Source of the DNA: Candidatus Latescibacterota bacterium
GTDB taxonomy: Bacteria > Latescibacterota > UBA2968 > UBA8231
DNA length: 64,000 nt
Reading direction: 5' to 3'
Assembly: GCA_965203355.1 (NCBI GenBank)
Contig: OZ241889.1
Location: 1,952,001-2,016,000, forward strand
Numbering within the stretch: the stretch's first letter is position 1; the number at the start of each line of letters is the position of its first letter. The notes beneath the pieces are model-generated. The model saw only the letters and a program-made list of their open reading frames with translations. It was not told the origin of the DNA and searched no databases. Positions 8,492 through 18,388 of the stretch are shown here, piece by piece. The translations under genes were made by a program, and so were the position numbers.

Positions 8492-11461
8492 ATGCTGTGT
8501 GTTATAAAGTGCCGTGTTGTCAAGCACTGGGTGGTCTTGTCCGCGCTGATTGGCGCTGGCTTGTTCGCGCCGACGGAGGCGCAGCGTCACCCCGAATCGG
8601 CCGGCCCGCTGCCCTATTACGACCCTTCGCCCGGTACGCCAAAGGATCCCCCGTGGAAAAAGCGTCCTCCCTTCCTGCGCGGTCCACAAGATCGCTACGA
8701 CCGAGGGTTGGGGAGGGCGTTCCTCAACACCGCAGTTAGCGTCCCTTATCTCAACTACGCCGACGAAAAGTACATTGCGTACTACCGCGAGACCGTTGCT
8801 TGGGCTACCCCGTCGGGTCGTCCTCTGAAAACCCGCAATGTGGGTTGGGACCGGATGGGCAACTACATGGGTGGCGGCTATCAGCGTCTGCTGACGATAG
8901 AAGAGTCGCGCAGCGGCAACGACTTTAGTGGATATAGCTACATTGACCACAAGAATCGGTCGTTTCGGATCGGCCACTACACGCACAAGGATTTGCACTG
9001 GACCGCCACGCTGGGCAACGTAGGCACCCAAGGCGGTGCGACGGATATCCGCACCATCTTCACACCGCTCACGCTAGTCAACAGCAAGATGAGTGCGTTG
9101 CGCATGGACATCAACTACAAGGAGCGCGACCGCGCGACGCTGCTCTACTCGCGGGGCGGCGATCACTCCGGTGCCCAGCTATTCTCCAAATGGGCAATTG
9201 GCCAAGAAGGCGACGACGCTTGGGACAACGCGCCAGTGTTGCTTTTTGGCGGCCACTATCAGCGCGAAGTCGGCCGTTTTGCCAGCGTTGGTGGAACGCT
9301 AGTCAACCAAATTATGGCTTCGCCGGATCTGTCGCGCTCCAGTGCTTGGCGCGGCGATTTGCCCTATCAGATGCTCGCTCCTAAGACCATCCGCGTCTTT
9401 GTGGCCGATGACTCGCCCGACGACGCGCGGGCCAATGCCATTGTCTATGGGGTGGACATCGTCCTCGAGGGCACACGCGGTACAGAGCCGATGCGCCTGA
9501 CCAGCCTCGACGACGATCCAGACTACGACCCAATGCTAGAAGCCGGGCCGCCGGAGGGCGGGGCTGTCCACGCGGGCGGCGGGCGCGAAGCCGAGGGCAA
9601 GGTGCCGGTGGTGTACACTTTCGTCCTTCCGGCCGACGTGACGGTGCGCTCGGCGCGCTTTGTCGCAGATGTAGCGGGCGATTATCGGGTCGGCGTCAGC
9701 CAGGTCCACGACTTCTTCAATGTTGATCGCCGAGGCAACGCGGCTATCACCGAGGTGGCTTGGCCCGCTCCCATCGCCAGCGCAGGTGAGCGGGCCATAC
9801 GGCGTCCGTTCAAATGGTACACAGCCGAAGATGAGCAACTCTACTACACCATCATCCGCGCCGATGGTAGCGATGGCAGCGGTGCAAACCGGCGGATGGT
9901 CTCCTTTGACTACGGCATTCCCACCGGGCAGAGCTTGGCCTCCATCAACTATCAGGTCGAGTTAGTGGGGCTGGAAGTCAGTGGCGAGGTGGCGCATAAC
10001 CTGCAAAACTTCATGTTCCCAATCGGCAACAACGAGGGCGTGCGCAGCCGTGAACGCGCCTTGGCGTGGTGGATCAAGGGCGTCAAGGATCTAGCCGGTG
10101 GCCTAGCGCTGGGCGGCGAACTGTACCGCATGGAGCCGAACTACGGCGGCGGCTACGATAGCTATCGCGGCGGCATGGCCTTCCACTACGATGGGCAGCC
10201 GGCCCCCGGCGGCAGAATCTCTACGGTCACCGAGGAGTATCCCCTCCACGAGGACAACGACGATCACGATCGCTTCCCCGACGAACACGTTAGCGATACG
10301 GCTATTGCCGAGCCGCGGACGCTGTATCCGGGTTTCCCCAACGCCCAGGTGTACCCCGGTCTCGACGAGAACGTCGATAACACCCCCGACGTGGACCGCA
10401 ACGAAAACTTCATCGTCGATTGGGAAGAAGCGTTTCTAACCTACGATTCAGAGCCACCCGAATTTGTCTATGGCATTGACTTCAACAACAACAATGTGCC
10501 CGACTTCCGCGAAAACGACGACAAGCCAGACTACCCCTATCCGCGCGACCAAAAGGGCCAGCACATCTTCCTCCGCTACGACCGCTTGGGACGCTGGGGT
10601 GAGTTCGTCAGCATAGGCCGCTACGACAACCGCCAGATCGCTGGCCCGGGCAAGTCCGAGGGAATTTACTTCCGCTACGCCTATGAGGTGGAAAAGCGCG
10701 GAGTTGGTGCGCTGCAAATCAACTTTGACGCCAAGCAGGTCAAAGACGACATCCCGGATCACACCTATGTGTACCGAGTGCCCATTGACGATGTTGAGGC
10801 CATAAACTGGTTTAACGAGCCGGACGGCCCGCCCGAGCGTGCAGGTTTTTGGCGACCGGCAACGCCAGACGAGTTGTCAATGCGCGACAGCTTTGTGCAT
10901 CTCCTCTTTTTCGACAGCACCTATCAAGGCTTTCGCGGCTTCAACCTTGAAAACGGCTTCCTGTGGCAGCGCAACAGCCAAGCCGAAATTGAGTTCAAAG
11001 ACGGCAGCGGACTGTTGCAGCCCCAAGACGTGCGCTCGCGTTTTTCCATGGTCAATAAGATCGACTACACCCATAGCTGGGGTGCCTTCAGCGTTACGCC
11101 TAAGTTGAAGCATCGGACGATCGTTGAGCAGGTCGATAGCGAGGATGCGCCGCGGCAATCGTACAGCGATTTTATCCCCATCGTAATGGGAGAGTACAAG
11201 CTCACGCCCAAGACCAGTTTTCAACTAGGCATACAAGGGCTGCCCTTGCTGCCGTTTAAGCACTGGGATCGCGCCTTTGAGGACGAGACGTACAGCCAGA
11301 CCGATTATATGGTTATGCTGAGCATCACCGCAGACTACTTTGGCATCCGCGACAATTCGCTATTTTTCGGCTACCAGCGTACGCGGCGGGATTTTAGCCA
11401 TGCCGGGCGGTCCGACGCCAAGCAAGGCATCCTCTTCGTAGAGCTGATATCACCCTTCTAA
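8492..11461 (+). CDS. Large predicted outer-membrane protein, paralog A (unknown family)
   Basis: Signal peptide; amphipathic beta-strand pattern; Asp-rich central repeats; ends ...LFVELISPF with terminal Phe; colinear motifs shared with 15450-18371. Exact start uncertain. Confidence 0.8.
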   Translation: MLCVIKCRVVKHWVVLSALIGAGLFAPTEAQRHPESAGPLPYYDPSPGTPKDPPWKKRPPFLRGPQDRYDRGLGRAFLNTAVSVPYLNYADEKYIAYYRETVAWATPSGRPLKTRNVGWDRMGNYMGGGYQRLLTIEESRSGNDFSGYSYIDHKNRSFRIGHYTHKDLHWTATLGNVGTQGGATDIRTIFTPLTLVNSKMSALRMDINYKERDRATLLYSRGGDHSGAQLFSKWAIGQEGDDAWDNAPVLLFGGHYQREVGRFASVGGTLVNQIMASPDLSRSSAWRGDLPYQMLAPKTIRVFVADDSPDDARANAIVYGVDIVLEGTRGTEPMRLTSLDDDPDYDPMLEAGPPEGGAVHAGGGREAEGKVPVVYTFVLPADVTVRSARFVADVAGDYRVGVSQVHDFFNVDRRGNAAITEVAWPAPIASAGERAIRRPFKWYTAEDEQLYYTIIRADGSDGSGANRRMVSFDYGIPTGQSLASINYQVELVGLEVSGEVAHNLQNFMFPIGNNEGVRSRERALAWWIKGVKDLAGGLALGGELYRMEPNYGGGYDSYRGGMAFHYDGQPAPGGRISTVTEEYPLHEDNDDHDRFPDEHVSDTAIAEPRTLYPGFPNAQVYPGLDENVDNTPDVDRNENFIVDWEEAFLTYDSEPPEFVYGIDFNNNNVPDFRENDDKPDYPYPRDQKGQHIFLRYDRLGRWGEFVSIGRYDNRQIAGPGKSEGIYFRYAYEVEKRGVGALQINFDAKQVKDDIPDHTYVYRVPIDDVEAINWFNEPDGPPERAGFWRPATPDELSMRDSFVHLLFFDSTYQGFRGFNLENGFLWQRNSQAEIEFKDGSGLLQPQDVRSRFSMVNKIDYTHSWGAFSVTPKLKHRTIVEQVDSEDAPRQSYSDFIPIVMGEYKLTPKTSFQLGIQGLPLLPFKHWDRAFEDETYSQTDYMVMLSITADYFGIRDNSLFFGYQRTRRDFSHAGRSDAKQGILFVELISPF

Positions 11462-11468
11462 ACTACAC

Positions 11469-12236
11469 ATGCGACTTATAGCAAAACACATTCGCGTCTT
11501 CCTGTGCTTCGCCTTGGCCGTCGGGGGGTGCGCTACCCTTAGGTCGCTCGAATCCCAGGCAAAGCGGGAGTACTTCATTGACCTGGAGTCGGTCCTGCCC
11601 GATGGCGATACCTATTACATCGATCCGATCGACAGTTCGGTCGTGTGGAGCGAGCAAGGGGTGCAAGTCAAGGTCAAGTTCTACGACGATGCCATGCTCG
11701 ACGCCGAATACGGCACTCAATTCACGCCCTATACGCTCACGGGCGTCGAGATTCCCGGCTTAGACTATACGCCGCCGCTGTGGACCGTTTTTGAAGTAAC
11801 CGTGATCAACCGCACTCGCGAGCGGGTGGAGCTAGATCCCACGCAGACTATTCTGCGCTTGGACGACGGTAGCCGTCTGCTCTGTCGCCAAGGAGTGGGA
11901 GGGTGGTACGACAAGGACGAATTCTTCGACTATTCCTATTTAAAGTGGGGAGGACGAGAAGGTAATGTGCGCTATCACGCCAGCTTGGACCGCGATCCTA
12001 TTTGGGAGAAGAGCGAGTACCACCGGGAAAAGCCCGTGCGCAAAGGGTCCAGATACGTTGGCAAGTTGACCTTTCCACCGCTGCCGGCCGAGACGAAGTC
12101 GTTCACCCTTGAAGTACACGACTTCATTCTGGCCTTTGATCGGTTTGAAGTGGGGTACGGCAATCCGGTGGAATTTACCGACCTGAACTTCCACTTCAAC
12201 GTCGATCACGGAGTGCGTTGGGTGGAGAACAAATAG
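11469..12236 (+). CDS. Hypothetical lipoprotein, paralog of 23278-24045
   Basis: Lipobox VGGC; shares IDP.DSS, PYT, PP..TVFEV.VIN.T, F.L.FD, NP.E..D..F.F.VD.G with the 23278 protein. Confidence 0.82.
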   Translation: MRLIAKHIRVFLCFALAVGGCATLRSLESQAKREYFIDLESVLPDGDTYYIDPIDSSVVWSEQGVQVKVKFYDDAMLDAEYGTQFTPYTLTGVEIPGLDYTPPLWTVFEVTVINRTRERVELDPTQTILRLDDGSRLLCRQGVGGWYDKDEFFDYSYLKWGGREGNVRYHASLDRDPIWEKSEYHREKPVRKGSRYVGKLTFPPLPAETKSFTLEVHDFILAFDRFEVGYGNPVEFTDLNFHFNVDHGVRWVENK

Positions 12237-12237
12237 A

Positions 12238-12894
12238 ATGAAAAAGATGGTAAAATATCTCGGCGTGGTGCTGCTTGTCGGCGCGGCGGCCTGCACGTTG
12301 AAATACGAGGCCCTCAAGGATACTAGTTTGCCCAACCCGCCGTCGCTGCCGGTCAAAATATACATCAAGGAATTTCCGGTCGACAGCAAGGCCAACGTGG
12401 TCGATCCGCGGAGCGCCACTTCGGTCGTTGCTCAAGGAAACCAGTACAGTACTAACGCCCTCGCCAGTGAGGGAAATAAACTGGTGCAAATTACTCGGCC
12501 TTCGCGCATTGAAGATTTGTCTGGGGCCTTGTTGCGCGAACTGCGCCAGGATAAGGTGCGGATCTTCACCCAGACGGATCGGGTCGAGGTGTTAGACGAA
12601 AACAGCGTACGACAAGTACATAATCCCTTCGCGCTCGTCTCCGAGGACTCGGACGAAGCCGACTTAGAAGTGAGCGGCACGGCGCTGATTACCAGTCAGC
12701 GGGTTCGCAAAGTGTTCTCTTCGCAAACGCACCGAGTGCAGATTGAGGTTTCCGTCAAGGATCTCAAAACCGGCAAAGAAAGCAAGAAAAGCCCGGTGGA
12801 TGCCGGCATTGTCATGACCTTCAACTCCAAGGAGTTGGAGGAGGCCCTCGCCATTGCCGTGGTGACCAGTCTGACGCAGAGACTGCTATTCTGA
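12238..12894 (+). CDS. Hypothetical lipoprotein
   Basis: Lipobox AAAC; alpha/beta pattern (IYIKEF...ADLEVSG...IEVSVKDLKTGK) loosely like LptE/CsgG/TolB-N folds. Confidence 0.75.
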   Translation: MKKMVKYLGVVLLVGAAACTLKYEALKDTSLPNPPSLPVKIYIKEFPVDSKANVVDPRSATSVVAQGNQYSTNALASEGNKLVQITRPSRIEDLSGALLRELRQDKVRIFTQTDRVEVLDENSVRQVHNPFALVSEDSDEADLEVSGTALITSQRVRKVFSSQTHRVQIEVSVKDLKTGKESKKSPVDAGIVMTFNSKELEEALAIAVVTSLTQRLLF

Positions 12895-12895
12895 A

Positions 12896-14554
12896 GTGCT
12901 GAGGCTGGGCGCACTTTTGCTGTTATTTGGCTTCAGTCCGTGTCGCGCTGAATTAAAGACTTGGGTGGTAGATGCGGTCGAAACATTTGCTTTGGGAACG
13001 ACCCAAGGCGTTGAGATACATCCAGATAGTCTCGTCATTCTGGCGCAGTTGGAAGAGGATGTAAACGTGGCCTTAGGACGATTGGTGCTAGACGATTTTG
13101 ACAAGCCTGTGCCCCTAACGGATGGCGCGATTGACCTCGTGCGGAGCGAGTGGATTTCGGGCACCAATCGCGTGTTCGACAAGCGGTTTACCGTCGATCT
13201 CGGGCTGGATCGGGCGATCAAGCGGGTGCGAGTGCTGGCTGGCGAGACAGCGCTGAATCAGCCCGAATATTTCATGCGCGGCTACCGGCTCGAAACCGCC
13301 GCCCAAGCGGCACCGCAAGTCTGGCATCTGTTAGCCGAGCAGCCGGACAATTTCGTCCTCAATGTGGATACGAGCGCGGATTCTACTTGGGCTGCGACTG
13401 ACGAGCGCGGTGCGGTGATCCCGCGCCAGGGTCGCTTCGTGCGGCTGACCCTGATCCGCCAAGACCGCAGCAACTGGGTCGCCCTTGGAGAAATTGAGGT
13501 GTTCGGCGTGGGCTACGTTAGCGAAGGCTTCATAGAGGGTCGCTTCGCTCCGCCTGCTCCAGTCAACGTAGGGCGGATCCGCTGGCAAGCCGAGCGTCCA
13601 GAGCGCACGGGCATTGAATTGCAAGTGCGCGGAGTGGCCGTAGGGGGTGTAGCCGAGCCTTGGGGAAGCGTGGCCGCGTACGCGGACGAGGAATTTTTCT
13701 ACAGTGGAGCCGAGCCGGTCGCGCGGTTGGCGTACCGGGCCAATTTGACGAACTCGGCCCCCTTTGTCAGCCCGGTGCTCAAGCGCATTGCCATTGACTA
13801 CGATCCGGTCTTGGTCGCCCGGCAACTTGAGGCCGAGATCGCGGTATCCGATTCGCTGCGCAAGGGCGAAGAGGCGACGCTGATCTACCGGGTGGAGATC
13901 GCGGCTGGCGTTGGTGATTACGGGGTCGATCTCTTGCGCGTCCAAGGCCCTTTGCTTCGCGTAACCGCCGTGCGCGTCGATGGTCGAGAACTCGTACCGA
14001 CACAAGGCCACACTTGGGGCCCGACGCCCGATCGCGAGGGCATGTTAGTAGAGCTGGCACCTAGCGAGCGGATTAGCGCGATGGCGACCGTTGAAATTGA
14101 GGGGCCAGCGCTCTTTGTGCGCGACAAGACTGCCATGCGCTTTGAGGCTGGCAACAAGGCCCAAGGCGACAGGGACGGCTACGTGAACTGGCAGCAGGGA
14201 CGAGCAAAGCCGGGGGCCACTTGGACGGTACTGGCTGCGGGGGTGCCGCTGCCGCTTTTGGGCGAAGTAAAGGTGCAGCCGCGCCCGTTCTCTCCGTTTG
14301 CCGACGAATATGCGTGCTTTGCCTTTGTGGTCGGCAATATCGAAGCCGGCCGGGAAGTCGTGCTAAAAATTTACAACCTGACGGGTCGGCCAATTCGCCA
14401 GTTGGCGCAGATCGGAAGCGCCCGAACCTATCAGTTCGAGTGGGACGGTCGCGATGCGAGCGGGCGCGTTGTCGAGCCGGGGCTCTATCTGTACGAAGCA
14501 GGGATAGCAGGAAGCGATAAGGCGCGCCGAGGTACTTTTGTGGTGGCGTACTAG
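12896..14554 (+). CDS. Secreted protein with discoidin-like domain and C-terminal FlgD-Ig-like domain
   Basis: NVALG, FTVDLG, GRFVRL, LGEIEVFG (F5/8-type C-like); C-terminal PRPFSP...LKIYNLTGRPIRQL...WDGRDASGRVVEPGLYLY (FlgD_ig / T9SS-CTD-like). Confidence 0.82.
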   Translation: MLRLGALLLLFGFSPCRAELKTWVVDAVETFALGTTQGVEIHPDSLVILAQLEEDVNVALGRLVLDDFDKPVPLTDGAIDLVRSEWISGTNRVFDKRFTVDLGLDRAIKRVRVLAGETALNQPEYFMRGYRLETAAQAAPQVWHLLAEQPDNFVLNVDTSADSTWAATDERGAVIPRQGRFVRLTLIRQDRSNWVALGEIEVFGVGYVSEGFIEGRFAPPAPVNVGRIRWQAERPERTGIELQVRGVAVGGVAEPWGSVAAYADEEFFYSGAEPVARLAYRANLTNSAPFVSPVLKRIAIDYDPVLVARQLEAEIAVSDSLRKGEEATLIYRVEIAAGVGDYGVDLLRVQGPLLRVTAVRVDGRELVPTQGHTWGPTPDREGMLVELAPSERISAMATVEIEGPALFVRDKTAMRFEAGNKAQGDRDGYVNWQQGRAKPGATWTVLAAGVPLPLLGEVKVQPRPFSPFADEYACFAFVVGNIEAGREVVLKIYNLTGRPIRQLAQIGSARTYQFEWDGRDASGRVVEPGLYLYEAGIAGSDKARRGTFVVAY

Positions 14555-15398
14555 CGTCCTGTTGCTGGCTTTCGTCCCCCCGGTCGGCGCTGCTTTTGAA
14601 TTTTCGGGACGGGGTGCCCAGAGCGCGGCACTCGGTGGCGCTTTCGCCGCGCGCATTCAGACGGCTGAGGCCGTTTGGTACAATCCGGCTGGCAACGCCC
14701 AGCAACAAAAGTGGCAGGCTGGCACGACACACGCGTTGCTTTACCCCGGGTTGGCGCAAAGCCCGGCCCTAAACGGCCTGTCGGTCGCCGGTCCTTTACG
14801 GGGTGGGGGCTTTCAACTCGGCCTTTCGTTTCTCGGGGCCGATGGCTGGGGCGAAGAAGTGATTGCCTTGGGCTACGGACGGCCATTGCACGAGCGATTC
14901 GCCTTGGGCGGCGGCTTGCGTACCAGTACTTGGAAAGCGGGCGATTTATCGCAGCGGGCTTGGCACCTCGATGTGGGAGCGACTTGGGAAGTAGGTTTCA
15001 TTCATCCGCGGGCGTATTTGCGCTTGGCGTTGGTCGCCAAAGGCTTAAACAGGGCCAACATCGCCGCGGGTGGCCAAGCCGCAGGTGAAGGAAAGCCGGC
15101 TGTGGTTGCCGGGGCCTTGCTCAACTGGGCCGGGCGAGAGGTCCTGCTCGACATTGAACACCGCGATGGGCGGACCGAGTTCAGCGTGGGGTACGAGACG
15201 CGGACGGTAAGCCTCAATGGCGCTCGGTTCCGCATGGGTGGGGCCGCAGTGGGTGCGAGTTTTGACGAAAGAGAGCTCAACGTGGGTCTCGGACACAACT
15301 TAAAGCAATGGCATTTTGATTATGCGTATTCCTACCCCTTGCACCTCTCCGGCTATGGAGGCGTACATCGGTTCAGCGTTGGTTATCGCCAGCCCTGA
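14538..15398 (+). CDS. PorV/PorQ-like (FadL-superfamily) outer-membrane beta-barrel
   Basis: GAQSAALGGAFAA...AVWYNPAG N-terminal motif; C-terminal FDYAY...GGVHRFSVGY strands; overlaps the previous gene. Confidence 0.8.
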   Translation: MWWRTSVLLLAFVPPVGAAFEFSGRGAQSAALGGAFAARIQTAEAVWYNPAGNAQQQKWQAGTTHALLYPGLAQSPALNGLSVAGPLRGGGFQLGLSFLGADGWGEEVIALGYGRPLHERFALGGGLRTSTWKAGDLSQRAWHLDVGATWEVGFIHPRAYLRLALVAKGLNRANIAAGGQAAGEGKPAVVAGALLNWAGREVLLDIEHRDGRTEFSVGYETRTVSLNGARFRMGGAAVGASFDERELNVGLGHNLKQWHFDYAYSYPLHLSGYGGVHRFSVGYRQP

Positions 15399-15449
15399 GT
15401 TGGAAGGCAACTGAAGACCGAATCTCTACACTGCATGAGGATAGCTGCC

Positions 15450-18371
15450 ATGAGTAGTACTGCGAGAAAAAGCCTGGTGAGGACCGCGCTACTAGCGCTT
15501 GTGGGATTGGGAATGCTGGGCACCGAAGCCGAAGCGCAGACCTTTCTGCGCAACCGGGATTTCCTCAACCTCGGCCATCCCGAACCGTATTTGAACTACG
15601 GGCGCAAGGAGTACGATCCCTATCCCTCGGTGATCAACGCACGCAATCGCTACGACCGCTTAGGCAATTACCTGTCGCGCGGTTTCAATGTCTTCACGTG
15701 GGAGTTTTCCCGCCCCGGGGAAAGCAATATCAACACCCGTACCGCCCAGTACTTAGGATGGTTCGCCAATCTAGTGATGCTCAACGACTCGTACAAGGGC
15801 TGGAATTACCGAGTGACCTTAGGCGAGGACATCCGCGCCAAGTTTTCCGATCTGACTTTTAGCGATCCGCGCTTCTTTGGCATCCTACTCGACGGTGCTT
15901 CCTCAGATAACAGGTTCACCCTGATGCTGAGCCAAGGCGGCGACCTGTTGAACTACGCCAAGTTTTCGACCTTCAAAGCGACGCGGGAGACCTCGCCCGT
16001 GTTGATTTTTGGCGGTCATTGGGAGACCAAGCTGGGCAATGTGCTGCGCCTGGGGGCCACGTACTTCAACCAGCATATGGCCAATACCGCCGATGAGAAC
16101 GGCTCTTTTCTCAAGGGCGATACCCCCTACAGCATGCTGCCACCCTCTTTCATCGAAGTCATCATCGAGGACGATTCGCCCGACGATATAGGTCGGGTGG
16201 CCACCGTCTATGACGTAGATGTGGTGGTCATCGGCGAGTCGCAGGGGCAGCGGGTGCGTCTGACCAGCATTGAAGGCGATCCCGAATACGACTCGAGTTT
16301 GAAGATGATCGATCCGGTCGGTGGAATCGATGGGGGGTTGTCGGTCGCGGGCGGCGAGCAAGCGATCTTCCGCTTCCAGATGCCGCAATTCAACTTGCCG
16401 GATGCCGAGGTGTACTCGGCCGATCCCGACGGATTTGCTCCGGGGCTGACGATGAAGGCCGTGCGCTTCTTGGCCGATGTCGAGGGCGATTATCGCATTT
16501 TGGTGCGCCAACAGCACTTGTTCTTCGACCAGAGTGCCCACCAGAAAAACGTGGACAAAGTGGCCGAAGGGGACGACAGATACGCTCCGGGCGGCAGGAG
16601 TTACGTCAATCCCTTTACTGGGCTGAAAGGCGATGACGCGATCAAGCCGATCGAAGATGTGCTAGTAGAAAATCCCGACGCCTTCAAGCAGTGGCCGGTG
16701 GCACCGGACCCGAGCACGACTCAGGCTTCGCCGTTTTTGCAATACAAGTGGGATTTGCTCGATCCGACCCGGGTGGGCTATACGGTGCTGCGCTCCGACG
16801 GCAGCGACTCAGGCCGCAAGGTGGTCGAGTTCGACTACGGCATCCCCACCGGCCAGGCACTCTACGGATTGGACTGGGACTTAAATTTCAAAGGGCTAAA
16901 AGTAAAGGGCGAGTTGGTCGCCAATCCCCAGTATTTCCTCTTCCCAGTGGGCAGCAATGCCGGCCAGCGTTTTGACAAGCAAGCCCTCGGCTATTTTCTC
17001 ACGGCCCAAAAGGAAATAGGCCCAATCGAGATCGGGGGCGAAGTTTTCAACCTAGACCCGGACTACAGCGGCAACTACGACAGCGACCGCGGCGGGGTAG
17101 CCTTCTTCAGCGACGATTGCTTCGTGTGTCCGCAGATGCAGGAAATGTCCGTCATGACCGATAATGACGACAACGACCAGTGGCCAGACGAGATGCTCAA
17201 CGAGTTGCCTAGCGCCGAGAAAACGGATTCGGGCATTTTTCCAGGGCTAGACGAAAACAACGACCTAATCCCGGACAGCGACCAGAATTTCAACGGGATC
17301 CCGGACTGGACGGAGCCCATCCTCTTTTACGACGCCGATCCGCCGGATTTCATCTACGGCATTGACTTCAACAACAACGGCGTGGTTGATTACCGCGAAA
17401 ACGACGCTTTGCCCGACTATCCCTACCCCCGCGACCGCCGAGGCGCCCACTTAGTGGCCACCAAGAAAGGCTTGGGGCGTTGGGGCCAATGGGCCTCAGT
17501 CGGCTATTACACCATGGAGGAACCGGCTGGCGGCGGTAAGGCCAAAGCCATGTACGCCCGCTATGAGCACAACTTCACCTCGCCCTATCTGGGTAAAATC
17601 CGCATTAACGAGGACATCAAGCAGGTCCAAGACGACATTCGCGACGATGTGTACATCTGGGAAGATGTGGGTTTTACCCAGCGGATACCCAGCCCTTTTC
17701 CGCACTTGAAAGGTCCGATGATTGAGGCGCGGGATCTCAATTCGCAGATTTTTCCGCCGGATGTCGATCCGCTGAACATGCGCAATAGCTTGGTCAATAC
17801 CTTGTTCATCAGTTCGACGTTTAGGCAGCTTTCCAATCTCAACGTCGTCAACAGCGTCCAATGGATTCGCAACAGCCAAGCCGAAGACGAGTTCGACGAC
17901 AACACCCGACAGGATGCCGGGGTGCTCTCGACCTTTGCGATGGTCAACCGGCTCGACTATACGATCAACGCCGGCAACATTAACATCCGCCCGATGTTCA
18001 AGCACCTGTTGTTGCGCGAGCATTCGAGCATACTCGAAGACGCCACGGGCGACGGCAGTGTTCGTTCGTTCTCGATTTACGCACCCATCGTCAGGACCCG
18101 CTTTGACCTAACGGCCAAGTCCAATCTGCAACTCGGATTTCAGGGTTTTCCCTTCTGGCGGCACACGAGCTTGGACCGGGTGGACGAGCGCAACGATTTT
18201 AAGGAGTGGACGCTGGTGCTGATGATGAGCAACCGCTCGGATCACTACGGCTACAATCTCGCTTCTCAATTCGGCTTTATCCGAACCAGCCGGGAGTACG
18301 ACGATGCCACACGCGCTTCCGATAGCTTCGACAACTCGCGCCTGTTCTTTGATATTGTGGCCGGGTTCTAG
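15450..18371 (+). CDS. Large predicted outer-membrane protein, paralog B (unknown family)
   Basis: Signal peptide ending EAEA-Q; colinear with paralog A (DRLGNY, FGGH, PY.ML.P, DDSPDD, FDYGIPTGQ, PGLDEN, YGIDFNNN, PDYPYPRD); ends FDIVAGF. Confidence 0.82.
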   Translation: MSSTARKSLVRTALLALVGLGMLGTEAEAQTFLRNRDFLNLGHPEPYLNYGRKEYDPYPSVINARNRYDRLGNYLSRGFNVFTWEFSRPGESNINTRTAQYLGWFANLVMLNDSYKGWNYRVTLGEDIRAKFSDLTFSDPRFFGILLDGASSDNRFTLMLSQGGDLLNYAKFSTFKATRETSPVLIFGGHWETKLGNVLRLGATYFNQHMANTADENGSFLKGDTPYSMLPPSFIEVIIEDDSPDDIGRVATVYDVDVVVIGESQGQRVRLTSIEGDPEYDSSLKMIDPVGGIDGGLSVAGGEQAIFRFQMPQFNLPDAEVYSADPDGFAPGLTMKAVRFLADVEGDYRILVRQQHLFFDQSAHQKNVDKVAEGDDRYAPGGRSYVNPFTGLKGDDAIKPIEDVLVENPDAFKQWPVAPDPSTTQASPFLQYKWDLLDPTRVGYTVLRSDGSDSGRKVVEFDYGIPTGQALYGLDWDLNFKGLKVKGELVANPQYFLFPVGSNAGQRFDKQALGYFLTAQKEIGPIEIGGEVFNLDPDYSGNYDSDRGGVAFFSDDCFVCPQMQEMSVMTDNDDNDQWPDEMLNELPSAEKTDSGIFPGLDENNDLIPDSDQNFNGIPDWTEPILFYDADPPDFIYGIDFNNNGVVDYRENDALPDYPYPRDRRGAHLVATKKGLGRWGQWASVGYYTMEEPAGGGKAKAMYARYEHNFTSPYLGKIRINEDIKQVQDDIRDDVYIWEDVGFTQRIPSPFPHLKGPMIEARDLNSQIFPPDVDPLNMRNSLVNTLFISSTFRQLSNLNVVNSVQWIRNSQAEDEFDDNTRQDAGVLSTFAMVNRLDYTINAGNINIRPMFKHLLLREHSSILEDATGDGSVRSFSIYAPIVRTRFDLTAKSNLQLGFQGFPFWRHTSLDRVDERNDFKEWTLVLMMSNRSDHYGYNLASQFGFIRTSREYDDATRASDSFDNSRLFFDIVAGF

Positions 18372-18388
18372 GCTAGGAGGTTGACGCC

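Noticed and set aside
8492-18371. Calling the large OMPs TonB-dependent receptors or SprA, or the operon a canonical T9SS or Tol-Pal
   Set aside because: No recognisable plug/TonB-box or SprA motifs, and no porK/L/M/N, tolA/tolB or pal in the window.
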